DNA of 61,010 nt from a virus (Duplodnaviria > Caudoviricetes). Of this stretch, positions 37,318-47,211 are shown piece by piece. A model generated the notes under the pieces. The model did not search any database. It was not told where the DNA came from and saw only the letters and a program-made list of their open reading frames with translations. The translations under genes and the position numbers were made by a program. The stretch's first letter is position 1. Every line of letters begins with the position of its first letter. Where the stretch lies: IMG/VR virus record IMGVR_UViG_3300025725_000026, positions 1 to 61,010 of that record, one strand, 5' to 3'.

Positions 37318-37770
37318 ATGGAAATAGCGAAACGATGTACCCAATGTTTAATATCAAAATCCCTTATCGATTATTATAAAGACGCCAGATCTTTAGATGG
37401 GAGGGCGGCTGAATGCAAAAAATGCCACAATATAAAAACTTCCAAGTGGAGAAAAAACAATCCGTTGAAGTCAAATAAAATCTCAAGAGACGCATACCGC
37501 AAAAAACCCTTAAGTAAGAGAAGAGAGATTTGGCTAAAAAGAGAGCACGGAATAACCCTAGAACATTACGAGAAATTATATAAAGAACAGGACGGAAAAT
37601 GCGCCATCTGCAAGAAGGTTCAGGACAAGTCTATGAATGTAGATCACAATCATATAACAGGGAAAATTAGAGGCTTATTGTGCAACAAATGCAATAGGGG
37701 AATAGGCTATTTGGACGATAGTTACGTTCTTGTCGAAAACGCTGCATTATATCTGAGGAAAAATGAATAA
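37318..37770 (+). CDS. Endonuclease VII-family homing endonuclease
   Basis: HGITLEHY..EQDGKCAIC..VDHNHITGKIRGLLCNKCNRGIG; leaderless start. Confidence 0.92.
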   Translation: MEIAKRCTQCLISKSLIDYYKDARSLDGRAAECKKCHNIKTSKWRKNNPLKSNKISRDAYRKKPLSKRREIWLKREHGITLEHYEKLYKEQDGKCAICKKVQDKSMNVDHNHITGKIRGLLCNKCNRGIGYLDDSYVLVENAALYLRKNE

Positions 37771-38089
37771 AAAATTGGTATACATAGCTTCCGCCTATTC
37801 TCTCGGGGATGTGGCCCAAAACGTCCGCCGGCAATTCGAAGTAGCCGAGGAATTGATCAAACTCGACTACCTTCCCTATCCCCCGCTGTTTAGCCACTTC
37901 TGGCACCTCGTGTTCCCGCATCCGCACGTGTATTGGATGGTCATTGATCTTGAAATGGTCCGGCGTTGCGACATACTTCTGCGCCTACCCGGAGTATCAA
38001 GCGGCGCTGATCAAGAGGTAGAATTTGCGACATCGCTGGGCATCCCGGTGGTATACTCAATCGAAGAACTCACAAGGAGGCGATTATGA
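37763..38089 (+). CDS. DUF4406/DUF1937-like (nucleoside deoxyribosyltransferase-like fold) protein
   Basis: VYIASAYS, RCDILLRLPGVSSGADQEV..A..LGIPV. Confidence 0.75.
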   Translation: MNKKLVYIASAYSLGDVAQNVRRQFEVAEELIKLDYLPYPPLFSHFWHLVFPHPHVYWMVIDLEMVRRCDILLRLPGVSSGADQEVEFATSLGIPVVYSIEELTRRRL

Positions 38090-39024
38090 CAATTTTAGGA
38101 ACAGACGTATCCCATTACGAGGGAGACATCGATCTGGCCAAAATGAAGTTAGCTGGTGCCAGCTTTGTGATCTTCAAGGTTTCTGAAACCTGGGGTCCAG
38201 ACTCGACAAAATGGACTGACGGCAACTTTTTGAAATACTGGGCTCTTGCCAAGGAGGCTGGTCTGTTCAGGGGTGCATATATGTTCCTCAATCCAGATGT
38301 TGCCAAGACCAGCGCCATTGACCAAGCGCGGTACTTCTGCAACCTTATCAAGAATGACCCGCCCGAACTTCCTCCAATTGTGGACTATGAGTACGAAGCT
38401 CCCGGAGTACCTTCCGATTTAATCGTCCACCTGCAGGACGCCATCTCGGAGATCAACGATATCACCAACCCCAGCAAGGATCCAAAGCGAATTCCGATGA
38501 TTTATACGGGTCCCGATTTCTGGACTACGCACGGTAGCGCCGATCCTTATTGGAAGCAATTCCCGTTATGGGAAGCCCATTGGACCGCCAACGCCACCCC
38601 AATTCCTATGGATCCATGGGGAAATGGTTGGCTTTTGTGGCAATGGACGGCCAAGGGAAATGGTCCAGAATTTGGCGTCGAAGCACTTGATATAGACCTG
38701 AACAGATTCAATGGTACCTTGGACGACTGGAACAAGTTTGTCAGCGTTGCCGCCCAGCCTCCCGCGCCCCATCCCACTACTTGCCCCACCTGTGGTCAGT
38801 ATTGGCCCCCAGACAATATCAACAATTACCGAGTGAAGTCGGGTAACAACCTGAATGTTCATCTCCCGGACAGATATGGTCCAACCGTGGGTCTGCTCAT
38901 GGCCGGGAAAGAAGTGTGTGTCAAGAATTACGCCGCCACCCCGTGGTACGTATTTTTTGAACCGACACCGACCTTCGCCAAGGGTGGCTGGGTTTATAAA
39001 TCCTACCTCGAGAAGATAGTGTGA
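38086..39024 (+). CDS. GH25 endolysin with C-terminal SH3-like domain
   Basis: GTDVSHY, PPIVDYE, PMIYTG, WLLWQWT, IDLNRFNG; GWVYKSYL tail. Confidence 0.9.
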   Translation: MTILGTDVSHYEGDIDLAKMKLAGASFVIFKVSETWGPDSTKWTDGNFLKYWALAKEAGLFRGAYMFLNPDVAKTSAIDQARYFCNLIKNDPPELPPIVDYEYEAPGVPSDLIVHLQDAISEINDITNPSKDPKRIPMIYTGPDFWTTHGSADPYWKQFPLWEAHWTANATPIPMDPWGNGWLLWQWTAKGNGPEFGVEALDIDLNRFNGTLDDWNKFVSVAAQPPAPHPTTCPTCGQYWPPDNINNYRVKSGNNLNVHLPDRYGPTVGLLMAGKEVCVKNYAATPWYVFFEPTPTFAKGGWVYKSYLEKIV

Positions 39025-39064
39025 TACAATAGAAATCTCCTTCGGATTGGGTGATCCGTGTACG

Positions 39065-39095
39065 GAAAGTCCCCGACCTCCTCTCGGGGATTTTC
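39065..39095 (+). terminator. Intrinsic terminator
   Basis: TCCCCGA-cctcctc-TCGGGGA followed by TTTT. Confidence 0.65.
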
Positions 39096-39144
39096 ATTTA
39101 AGCCAATGCCTTGTTTACATTATGAACTAATGGTAAAATAAGTC

Positions 39145-39690
39145 ATGCTTCCTCACATAAAAAACTACGTCAATCATGAAACTTGGGACATCCAGCAGAT
39201 CAACGCCAACGCCATCTTCGAGGCTGCAAATATCCTGTCCAAAGTAAAGAAATTAGCCGGGCGTGTGTTTATTGCCGGCAACGGGGGAAGTTCTGCGACT
39301 GCCTCCCATTTCGCCAATGATCTACGGAAGATATGCCATATAGACGCTACCGCGCTATCAGACAGCATACCCACTCTCTTGGCCTACGGTAATGACAACG
39401 GCTGGGAGCAAATGTTCGCCGACTCGATGGATACACCAGGCGCGTACGATGTCCTGATCGCCATATCGTGCAGCGGAGCATCTAGGAACGTGATCGTGGC
39501 TGCCCAGAAAGTCATAAGCGTCTGTGGTCATGTCATCGTATTGACCGGTCAAATCACGCCAAAAAACAAGTTGGCCATATTGGGTTGCCCGACGATCGAG
39601 GTCAAGTCTAAGGACATCAAGATCCAGGAAGACCTGCATTTGATGGTCTGCCATGCGATCGTGGAGGCTCTATCACATGCCACCAATTGA
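39145..39690 (+). CDS. gmhA: Phosphoheptose isomerase (SIS domain)
   Basis: FIAGNGGSSATASHFANDL, AYGNDNGW..F, AISCSGASRNV, QEDLHL..CH. Confidence 0.88.
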   Translation: MLPHIKNYVNHETWDIQQINANAIFEAANILSKVKKLAGRVFIAGNGGSSATASHFANDLRKICHIDATALSDSIPTLLAYGNDNGWEQMFADSMDTPGAYDVLIAISCSGASRNVIVAAQKVISVCGHVIVLTGQITPKNKLAILGCPTIEVKSKDIKIQEDLHLMVCHAIVEALSHATN

Positions 39691-39895
39691 TTTCGAGTAT
39701 GGGATAGGCGAAAAGGTGGAAATAATAGATTTGAAAATAGAGGGATATGTCTGTTCTCTCTGGTGTTCTGATCGCGGTCCACAATACGAAGTCGCGTACT
39801 GGGTGGACGCCGAGCGAAAAAAGGAATATCTGTTCCCGGCTGAAATTCGATCATTGGATAAGAAACACAAAAAGATTGGATTCGAGCATGCCTAA
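39677..39895 (+). CDS. Small hypothetical protein
   Basis: GGAGG RBS; FEYGIGEKV pattern. Confidence 0.55.
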   Translation: MPPIDFEYGIGEKVEIIDLKIEGYVCSLWCSDRGPQYEVAYWVDAERKKEYLFPAEIRSLDKKHKKIGFEHA

Positions 39896-40769
39896 TTACA
39901 TGCTGTGTGATGGTTGGCGGTCTCGCTGTCAGAATGAGGAATGCGACCACAAATACCAGCGCACGGATGGCATAACTATCTGCCCGGACTGCGGACTTCC
40001 TCGCGAGAGATGCGGCGCAAAAGCTGTGCCAGGCTATCGATATTGCTGCCACCACGGCGGCCCAAATCCTAAGAACAATTTCTACGGTCTCGGAGGTGCG
40101 GTCTTGAAATCAGGAAAAACTTCCCAGTTTGATTTGACGCGACTTGCGTCTACTTATATCCAGATGAAAACCGACGGCCGGTTGCTCACCAACCGCATGT
40201 CCATCGAAATGATCCGTACCAGGATCGTCGAACTCGCCGGCCGCATTGATACGAATCAGGCTCCGGATCGCTTGGCGAACTTATCCAAGTTATGGCGAGA
40301 CTACACGGCCGCCAAGGGAACGATGGACGAAATGCCCCTCAAGTTGGCGCTGGACGATGAGTTCGAACGTGCCTACCACGACTACGCGGCATGGAAACAA
40401 ATGTTCGACGCCGTGGATCTCGACCGTAAACTCGTGGAGAGCGAAGTCAAGATCATCAAGGACATGAACGCCGTCCTGACTGCTGAAGATGCCTACGAAC
40501 TGACTGCTCAGTTACTGGCAGCTATCATCAATACGACAAATTCGATAGAAAATGTCCCTGATAAGGTAAAGTTAGACTTTTTGAAGAGGATTCAATATGA
40601 GTTTACCCGAATTGTTGGCGAGAGGGTTAAGCAAGGGACTCCAAGAGGCGGCGCAGAAGATAACGATGCCGAAGCCGGTGAACTGGATCGAACACGAATT
40701 CTTGATCCCGGAGACCCGGAACAATCCCCATTTGAGGGGGAGGATGATCCTGGAGCCATACCAGCGTGA
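39888..40769 (+). CDS. Putative terminase small subunit
   Basis: Upstream of TerL; Cys fingers with CCHHGG and helical C-terminus. Confidence 0.65.
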   Translation: MPNYMLCDGWRSRCQNEECDHKYQRTDGITICPDCGLPRERCGAKAVPGYRYCCHHGGPNPKNNFYGLGGAVLKSGKTSQFDLTRLASTYIQMKTDGRLLTNRMSIEMIRTRIVELAGRIDTNQAPDRLANLSKLWRDYTAAKGTMDEMPLKLALDDEFERAYHDYAAWKQMFDAVDLDRKLVESEVKIIKDMNAVLTAEDAYELTAQLLAAIINTTNSIENVPDKVKLDFLKRIQYEFTRIVGERVKQGTPRGGAEDNDAEAGELDRTRILDPGDPEQSPFEGEDDPGAIPA

Positions 40770-43188
40770 TGTGCTGAACGAAGCCCTGACGCCAGACGAA
40801 AATGGTAGGTACAAGTATTCGATCATCGTCTGGTCGGATATAAAAAAGTCGGCCAAGTGCGTCCATCCAGACACTCTTTTTGCAATGTCCGATGGAGCGC
40901 AAAAAAGCGCCAAAGATATCATGGCAAGGGACGTCGTTATTTCTTTCGACGACTCTGGAATTGTGTCGCACAATAAAGTAGTGGCCGTTCAGGGGCAAGT
41001 CCCAGAGGCTATGTACCATATAACTACGTCGAGGGGACGAGAGTTGGTGGTTACCGGGGAGCATCCCGTAAAAGTTAATGGGAACGATATTCCTCCCAGC
41101 CAAACTCGTTTTTTCAAGAGAAGCATTAGGAAGCCCATCTGGATAAAAGCCAAGGATCTTGTTGTTGGGGATAGAGTAGTAATCGCTCTTGATTGGCGTC
41201 CGTTTGGAGATAGTGACAGAGACGAAATGTATCTTCTTGGGGCATATATCGGAGATGGGGGGCAAGGAACAATAACGACCGCCGACGAAGAAATAAGGCA
41301 GGCATTTGAAGCCAGATTCAAGTTGATGCCAAAGGGTAATTATGGATATAGGATAAATGGCGCCTCTGATTGGTTGAGAGAACATGGACTTCTTTTGGGC
41401 GGTAGTGGGAACTGGAAAAACCACCTTAATTCTTATACCAAAAGAGTTCCGCATCGTGTCTATACTTCTGGTTGGCAAGGAGTTGCTTATTTTTTGTCTG
41501 GATATTTCGATACAGATGGTTTTGTTTCCCAAACGAAGAGAAAACAACCATGTGTTGGGTGGGGAAGTGTAAGCAAAGATTTATTGAGAGATTGCCAAAC
41601 GCTACTGGCTTCCCTCGGAATTAATGCAACCCTATTTCGGCACGACAGCAAACTCAATGGGAAGAGATTTGAGGCGTATAAACTTTGCGTGTATGGTCGA
41701 GAGCAGTTTGAATTGCTTTCTGAATTGTTGGTCCCCAAGGTAAAACATAAGAGAGATAAGATATTGGAGTGGAAGACAATATTGAACAAAAGACTCCCAA
41801 AAAAATCCAACGGAATTAGTATATATTCATCGGACAAAATTGTTTCGATTGAAAACACAGAACCCATCAGTTCAATTGCCATTGAGGTTGAAAAAACGCA
41901 CACTCATATTACCAACGGAATCGTCACCCACAATAGCACCATCGCTGCCGCCGTTAATCTGTACCGTGCGTCCTTTACGGAATTCGGGGAATTTTATGTG
42001 GTCGCCAACGACTTGAAACAAGCGGACTCCCGGGTGAACCACTACCTGCGGCGCGCTATCGAGCTCAACCCAAAGCTCAGGGAAAGATATAAGATGCAGG
42101 GATACCGCATCACCACGCCTAGCGGTGCCTACATCGAGGCTATTCCTATTGACCCGTCGGGCGAAGCCGGCACCAATGCGGACCAGGTGACGTTCTCAGA
42201 ACTTTGGGGAGCCAACGAGGACGCCAAGCAGAAAATGTGGAGTGAAATGACGATCCCTCCTCAGAAACACGGCCATGCCTTCCGTTGGATCGAGAGCTAT
42301 GCTGGCTTTACCGAGGAATCCGACTTACTCTACTCGCTCTATGAACTCGGGGTGAAACAGGGTGAGCAACTCTGGCCTGACCGTTTATATAACGTCACAG
42401 AGGGCCAACCCACTCCGCTCGAAGTCTATGTCAATCGGGCTGCCGGCATGCTTTGCCTATGGAATACGCAACCTCGTTGTCCGTGGCACACACGCAGTTA
42501 TTATTCTGGTGAAGAGAAGATCATGCCTCCCAACCAGTTCGCCCGCATTCATCGCAATCAGTGGGTGAGCTCAACCGAAACATTTTTGCCAATGGAGTGG
42601 ATTTACGCGTGCGCGCGCAAGCAGGAAGAATGGCCGGCGATTGATTTGGCCCATCAAGCTATGGTTCTTTCGGCCGATGCGGCGACAAGCAACGATAACT
42701 TTGGATTGTGGTTGGGATGCCGACATCCAACGCTTCCGGGCGAGATCTTGACCATTTATGCCCAGAAATGGGTTCCAGGCGCTAATGGCAAGATCGATTT
42801 CCAAGGAACGGAAGAACACCCTGGTCCAGAGTTGATGATAAGAAGATTGATAAAAACTCATAACATCGTCCAGTTGTGCTTTGATCCTTACCAGTTATTT
42901 GACATGATGAACCGGTTGAGGAAGGAAGGATTGCAGGTCTGGTTCAAGGAATTTAACCAAGGCACTGACCGATTGTTGGCAGACAGTCAATTGCGCGATT
43001 TGATTCGAGACCGTCGTTTTTGGCATAGAGGTGAGCCCGACTTGATTGAGCATTTCCAGAACGCAAACGCGAAGTTGGACGAGCAGGATTCTAAGGTCCG
43101 TATCGTCAAGCGCGTAGATCGGTTGAAGATCGATCTGGCGGTGGCCGCCAGCATGGGGAGCCATACTCTGCTGAAACTTAACTTATAG
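40597..43188 (+). CDS. terL: Terminase large subunit, intein-containing
   Basis: LEPYQ, Walker A KKSAK|ST, VANDLKQA, FDPYQ, KIDLAVA. Confidence 0.92.
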   Translation: MSLPELLARGLSKGLQEAAQKITMPKPVNWIEHEFLIPETRNNPHLRGRMILEPYQRDVLNEALTPDENGRYKYSIIVWSDIKKSAKCVHPDTLFAMSDGAQKSAKDIMARDVVISFDDSGIVSHNKVVAVQGQVPEAMYHITTSRGRELVVTGEHPVKVNGNDIPPSQTRFFKRSIRKPIWIKAKDLVVGDRVVIALDWRPFGDSDRDEMYLLGAYIGDGGQGTITTADEEIRQAFEARFKLMPKGNYGYRINGASDWLREHGLLLGGSGNWKNHLNSYTKRVPHRVYTSGWQGVAYFLSGYFDTDGFVSQTKRKQPCVGWGSVSKDLLRDCQTLLASLGINATLFRHDSKLNGKRFEAYKLCVYGREQFELLSELLVPKVKHKRDKILEWKTILNKRLPKKSNGISIYSSDKIVSIENTEPISSIAIEVEKTHTHITNGIVTHNSTIAAAVNLYRASFTEFGEFYVVANDLKQADSRVNHYLRRAIELNPKLRERYKMQGYRITTPSGAYIEAIPIDPSGEAGTNADQVTFSELWGANEDAKQKMWSEMTIPPQKHGHAFRWIESYAGFTEESDLLYSLYELGVKQGEQLWPDRLYNVTEGQPTPLEVYVNRAAGMLCLWNTQPRCPWHTRSYYSGEEKIMPPNQFARIHRNQWVSSTETFLPMEWIYACARKQEEWPAIDLAHQAMVLSADAATSNDNFGLWLGCRHPTLPGEILTIYAQKWVPGANGKIDFQGTEEHPGPELMIRRLIKTHNIVQLCFDPYQLFDMMNRLRKEGLQVWFKEFNQGTDRLLADSQLRDLIRDRRFWHRGEPDLIEHFQNANAKLDEQDSKVRIVKRVDRLKIDLAVAASMGSHTLLKLNL
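40858..41934 (+). mobile_element. Intein (359 aa) with in-frame LAGLIDADG endonuclease in the TerL P-loop
   Basis: Cys1 CVHPDT, TGEHP, YLLGAYIGDG and FLSGYFDTDG, IVTHN followed by Ser+1. Confidence 0.93.
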
Positions 43189-43231
43189 ATGTTATAATTA
43201 CAGAAAAGCAATTGTTTCCAAGGAGGATACT

Positions 43232-43591
43232 ATGGCCCCAGGTTCCCTAGATGTAGCCGTTTATGTCAAGAAAATATACGATAACTTCTTCGGTCGTTCC
43301 ATATTAGCCGGCGCGAATGCCACCCTTGCGGCCTCCGGCCAGATTACGGTTACTACTGCCGGAACTGCCGTGAAAGGACCTAACGTGGATAATGCGGGCG
43401 GATTTTTGATCAAAGCCCTCAACGGGAACTCGGGCAAGGTTTACGTCGGTAATGTAAACGGCGACATCGATTCCGGAAACAGTTTTGAGCTCGCACAAGG
43501 CGACCCAACCCTTGGGATAGTGCAAAACCTAAACGAACTTTGGTTCGATGCCGCAATCAGTGGGGATAAATTCTGCTGGATTAAAATTTAG
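43232..43591 (+). CDS. Hypothetical structural protein
   Basis: AGGAGG RBS; IKALNGNSGKVYVG beta-rich pattern. Confidence 0.6.
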   Translation: MAPGSLDVAVYVKKIYDNFFGRSILAGANATLAASGQITVTTAGTAVKGPNVDNAGGFLIKALNGNSGKVYVGNVNGDIDSGNSFELAQGDPTLGIVQNLNELWFDAAISGDKFCWIKI

Positions 43592-43631
43592 GGGTTGTTA
43601 TGAATACAATAAAACATTTATTGAGGCGACT

Positions 43632-45209
43632 ATGAATACTGCGACTTTATTGGCGGTGCTGTTTGGGGGTATCTATCGTCAGCCTATCCCAATGTTTACA
43701 TCTTCGTATTCTTATTTGAAAGACACGTTTTCAGATGCCGATGATACGCTGTTAACTGACCACATAATGAACACTGGGGCCGGATGGACGGGACAAACAA
43801 TCCCTAAAATCTCCGGTAATAAAGCCACCGCAGTTACCAGTATGAATCACCTCTGTACGGTAACAGACGCAGGAATGGCAGACTGTGTTTTAACCGTTGG
43901 TATAAATGGGTCGCTGTATAACAGCACAACTAATTACAATTTTCCGTCACTGGTGTTGAGATATACAGATGACGCCAATTTCTATATGGTTGAAATTAAT
44001 GCCAATGTCTTAATGCTTTACAGGCGCCAGACGACCACATTTACTAGTGTGGCGACTTATGCTGGAACCTATACAGACGGAGTGACTTATCCAATAAAAG
44101 TGGTTTTGAATGGACAGACCATAGATATTTATACTGATGGAATCCTTAGGATTCATTATACAACCGCAGCTCTAAATTTGACGGCAACTAAATTCGGTAT
44201 CACCGGACTAAGGGGAGGTACGCCGGTACACGAGGCAACGTGGGACAACTTTATTGTAACGCCATTAACGTCTTTGCCTGTAATAAATCAAAGAGATTTT
44301 ACAAAACTTGTATATTATGGTGGGAACCCAACAATCCCGTATGGCGCTGGTGCATATAACGCAAACGCAAGCGATACGGTTTATGCCACCCTGGCTCAAA
44401 AAATAGGCTCTACTTATTATATGGTGACACAGGGCGATGCTACTGGGTTTCAGTTCCATTATTTTGCATTATATACGTCCACCGATTTAGTCAACTGGAC
44501 ACCGTATGCCGGAAATCCGGTACTTACTGCTGGTGCTGGTGGGGGATTAGATGCAGGGTATCTTGCACACCCATCTATTATAAAAATCGGCGCTACTTGG
44601 TATATGTATTATAGTGCCGCTCCTTCAGCTGGACAGTATAGAATTTGGCTTGCGACCTCTCCAGATTTAGTGACGTGGACAAGATATCAAGTTGATTCTA
44701 TTTATACCGGCCCCACTGCCTTGGGGGGGGCTTACAGCCCCTGTGTCATAAAAATAGGTGCAACATATTTTATGTACTACTGGAACAATGGCGCTTCTTA
44801 CCTGAACTGCATGGAATATGCTACCTCTGCGGACGGATTAACGTGGACATATCAAGGAACTGCTCTCGGGAGAAATCCAGAAGATTGGGATTACGGCTAT
44901 GTCAGGATTGGTTTTGACCCTTGGGTCATACAAAACAAAAACGGCGTTTACGAAATGGTTTATTCCATCTATGTAACTGATACACCAATCACTCAAATAT
45001 TTGGATATGCCACATCCCCCGATGGGGTGTATTGGGAAAAACGGCCGGGATTAATCTTGTCACCGAGTGGTATCGCTGGAAGATTTGACGAATCTTATGT
45101 CGGCGACCTGGTACTGCTTGAGGTGGCCGGTAGATTATATCTATACTACGCCGGAGTTGGGCCGGACAATAGGCCACAAGGCGGCGTGGCTTGGTTAAAC
45201 ACGGTGTAA
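43632..45209 (+). CDS. Lectin-like + five-bladed beta-propeller glycoside-hydrolase-like virion protein
   Basis: Repeats TSTDLVNWT, ATSPDLVTWT, ATSADGLTWT, ATSPDGVYWE and WYMYYS; ConA-like N-terminal half. Confidence 0.65.
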   Translation: MNTATLLAVLFGGIYRQPIPMFTSSYSYLKDTFSDADDTLLTDHIMNTGAGWTGQTIPKISGNKATAVTSMNHLCTVTDAGMADCVLTVGINGSLYNSTTNYNFPSLVLRYTDDANFYMVEINANVLMLYRRQTTTFTSVATYAGTYTDGVTYPIKVVLNGQTIDIYTDGILRIHYTTAALNLTATKFGITGLRGGTPVHEATWDNFIVTPLTSLPVINQRDFTKLVYYGGNPTIPYGAGAYNANASDTVYATLAQKIGSTYYMVTQGDATGFQFHYFALYTSTDLVNWTPYAGNPVLTAGAGGGLDAGYLAHPSIIKIGATWYMYYSAAPSAGQYRIWLATSPDLVTWTRYQVDSIYTGPTALGGAYSPCVIKIGATYFMYYWNNGASYLNCMEYATSADGLTWTYQGTALGRNPEDWDYGYVRIGFDPWVIQNKNGVYEMVYSIYVTDTPITQIFGYATSPDGVYWEKRPGLILSPSGIAGRFDESYVGDLVLLEVAGRLYLYYAGVGPDNRPQGGVAWLNTV

Positions 45210-45247
45210 ATAAATGGAACATTTCATCAGAAAGGGAAAAGGAAGCG

Positions 45248-45730
45248 ATGAAATACAAACCGAAGAGAAGCGATGTAAAGACGAGAGAGTTGCCCCCCAA
45301 GGTGGAAGCGACCAAGAAGGGTGTACTGGTCCAATGCCCATTCTGCAACCCAACACACGTGATCTTGCCGGGAGTACAGAGCCAATGCGGGACGACCTTG
45401 CGGGTCACGGCGGTTCAAAACATATTGACCGCGCACGCGACTAGGCACAATGATATCCATTGCCTGAAGTGTGGGCAGACTGGCAAGGAAATGGTGAAGT
45501 ACAGGGCCGGCTTTGTGTGTGTGGAAGAATGCTCTCCCGGTACAAAGCTACTCACCGAGATCCCGCCGCTGTCGAAGATTGCCAAGCTGGTATTCAATCT
45601 CCCGGTTGGTGTCCGCGCTGCGATTGAGAAGCGGACCGGTGTCGTGAAGCAGCTTCAGGAAATTGATGTGGAAGGCAAGCCTACCGGCGTTATCGTCGGC
45701 CACTTTTTTTGGAAAGGCACGAAAGGTTAA
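45248..45730 (+). CDS. Cys-rich hypothetical protein
   Basis: CPFC, CLKC and CVEEC; AAGGA RBS. Confidence 0.6.
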   Translation: MKYKPKRSDVKTRELPPKVEATKKGVLVQCPFCNPTHVILPGVQSQCGTTLRVTAVQNILTAHATRHNDIHCLKCGQTGKEMVKYRAGFVCVEECSPGTKLLTEIPPLSKIAKLVFNLPVGVRAAIEKRTGVVKQLQEIDVEGKPTGVIVGHFFWKGTKG

Positions 45731-45732
45731 AC

Positions 45733-47211
45733 ATGCCTCCTGGTAGAACACCTGCTCTAACACCCGAAAGCCAATTCCCCGGCGATGCTCTTGCCCGGAG
45801 CGTTCAAGTCGCGCCCGATGTAAGTGCGATGACCGGCGGAAATATGATCTACACCTGGATCATATCCTCGGTGGCAGATTCTATTACGCCATGGGGACGA
45901 TCGCCAGCAGTCAGGGATCGCCAACTTCGTGACTTCTGGCCGACAGAATCGTACCTCGCTGGAGCCCTGGCCGATATCACGTTTAGAAACGCCGCCTATG
46001 AGTGGGAGATCAGGGGTGGCTCGGATAAAGTCGAAACACTGCTTACTGATATGCTGAAGGCTGCCATCTCGGGCGACATGTTCGGGTGGACAGGATTCGT
46101 ACAGAAGTTCTCCCTTGATCTCTACACCCAGGACAACGGAGCATTTATCGAACTCATCAGAGACCCGGGTATTGATGCGAATAGCAGGTTCACCAACGAA
46201 CTCGCGCCAGTATTGGGCATCGCCCATCTGGATTCGAATCAATGTCAGCGGACCGGCAATCCCGAATATCCGGTCATCTATACCGATAGGAACAGTGGCG
46301 TTCATAAACTGGCGTGGTATCAGGTTATCCCATTCTCTGAATTCCCATCTCCTATCGAGAAGATGAACTCGGTCGGGTACTGTGGAGTTACGCGCGTGCT
46401 CAGGCTCGCCCAGATCATGCGCAGCATCCTGATGTTCAAAGACGAGAAGATAAGTGGCCGGCACTTCAAGGCCATCCACGTCGTTTCTGGCGTATCTCGC
46501 ATGGACTTGGAAGACGCAAAGAAGCGCACCAAGGAAGAGGCGGATAATGCTGGGCAGCAACGCTATATCGATCCAGTCATCCTCGCGAGTCTTGACCCAG
46601 AGAAACCGGTCTCTACGGCCACGATCGACTTGGCTGGGCTACCCGAGGGTTTCGACTTTGACCAAGACATGAAGTGGTACATCACAGGCTTGGCATCCTG
46701 CTTAGGTACAGATTACCAGGAATTCGCCCCACTCCCCGGTGGCGGCATAGGATCCAGTAATCAGTCCCAGACCTTGAACCGGAAGTCATCGGGCAAGGGA
46801 GCGGCGATGTTCATGAAGATCGCCGAGGCTTTCAAAAATTACGGCGTACTCCCCCGTGGCTACGAGATGATCTTCGAAGATCGGGACGAACAACGCTCAA
46901 TGGACCAGCAACTTATCCGCAAGGCTTTCCAGGAAGAAATGGCATTGGCAATTCGAAACTTCTTTCTTTCTCCTCTGGCGGCCAGAAACATTGGGATTCA
47001 GCGTGGAATATACACCGCGAAGGAACTGACAGGTATTCCCGAAGATTATGGTCTGGATCAGTTGAATCCAACCAAGCAACCGATCGGCGGTACGGGTGGT
47101 ACCAATCCTGATAACCAGACCCGCACCGGTGGTGGACCGCCTGAACCTAATGCCGGCGCAGGATTGAGAAAAGAAAGTTTCCTAAAAAAGATATTTAATG
47201 GGCGTGGATAA
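45733..47211 (+). CDS. Portal protein
   Basis: Synteny and size; DLYTQDNGAFIELIR, GIAHLDS. Confidence 0.8.
   Translation: MPPGRTPALTPESQFPGDALARSVQVAPDVSAMTGGNMIYTWIISSVADSITPWGRSPAVRDRQLRDFWPTESYLAGALADITFRNAAYEWEIRGGSDKVETLLTDMLKAAISGDMFGWTGFVQKFSLDLYTQDNGAFIELIRDPGIDANSRFTNELAPVLGIAHLDSNQCQRTGNPEYPVIYTDRNSGVHKLAWYQVIPFSEFPSPIEKMNSVGYCGVTRVLRLAQIMRSILMFKDEKISGRHFKAIHVVSGVSRMDLEDAKKRTKEEADNAGQQRYIDPVILASLDPEKPVSTATIDLAGLPEGFDFDQDMKWYITGLASCLGTDYQEFAPLPGGGIGSSNQSQTLNRKSSGKGAAMFMKIAEAFKNYGVLPRGYEMIFEDRDEQRSMDQQLIRKAFQEEMALAIRNFFLSPLAARNIGIQRGIYTAKELTGIPEDYGLDQLNPTKQPIGGTGGTNPDNQTRTGGGPPEPNAGAGLRKESFLKKIFNGRG

Noticed and set aside
40627-41547. Long antisense ORFs (also 1450..2220, 21991..22704, 45757..46560, 57986..58768)
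   Set aside because: Shadows of well-supported genes with no motifs or RBS
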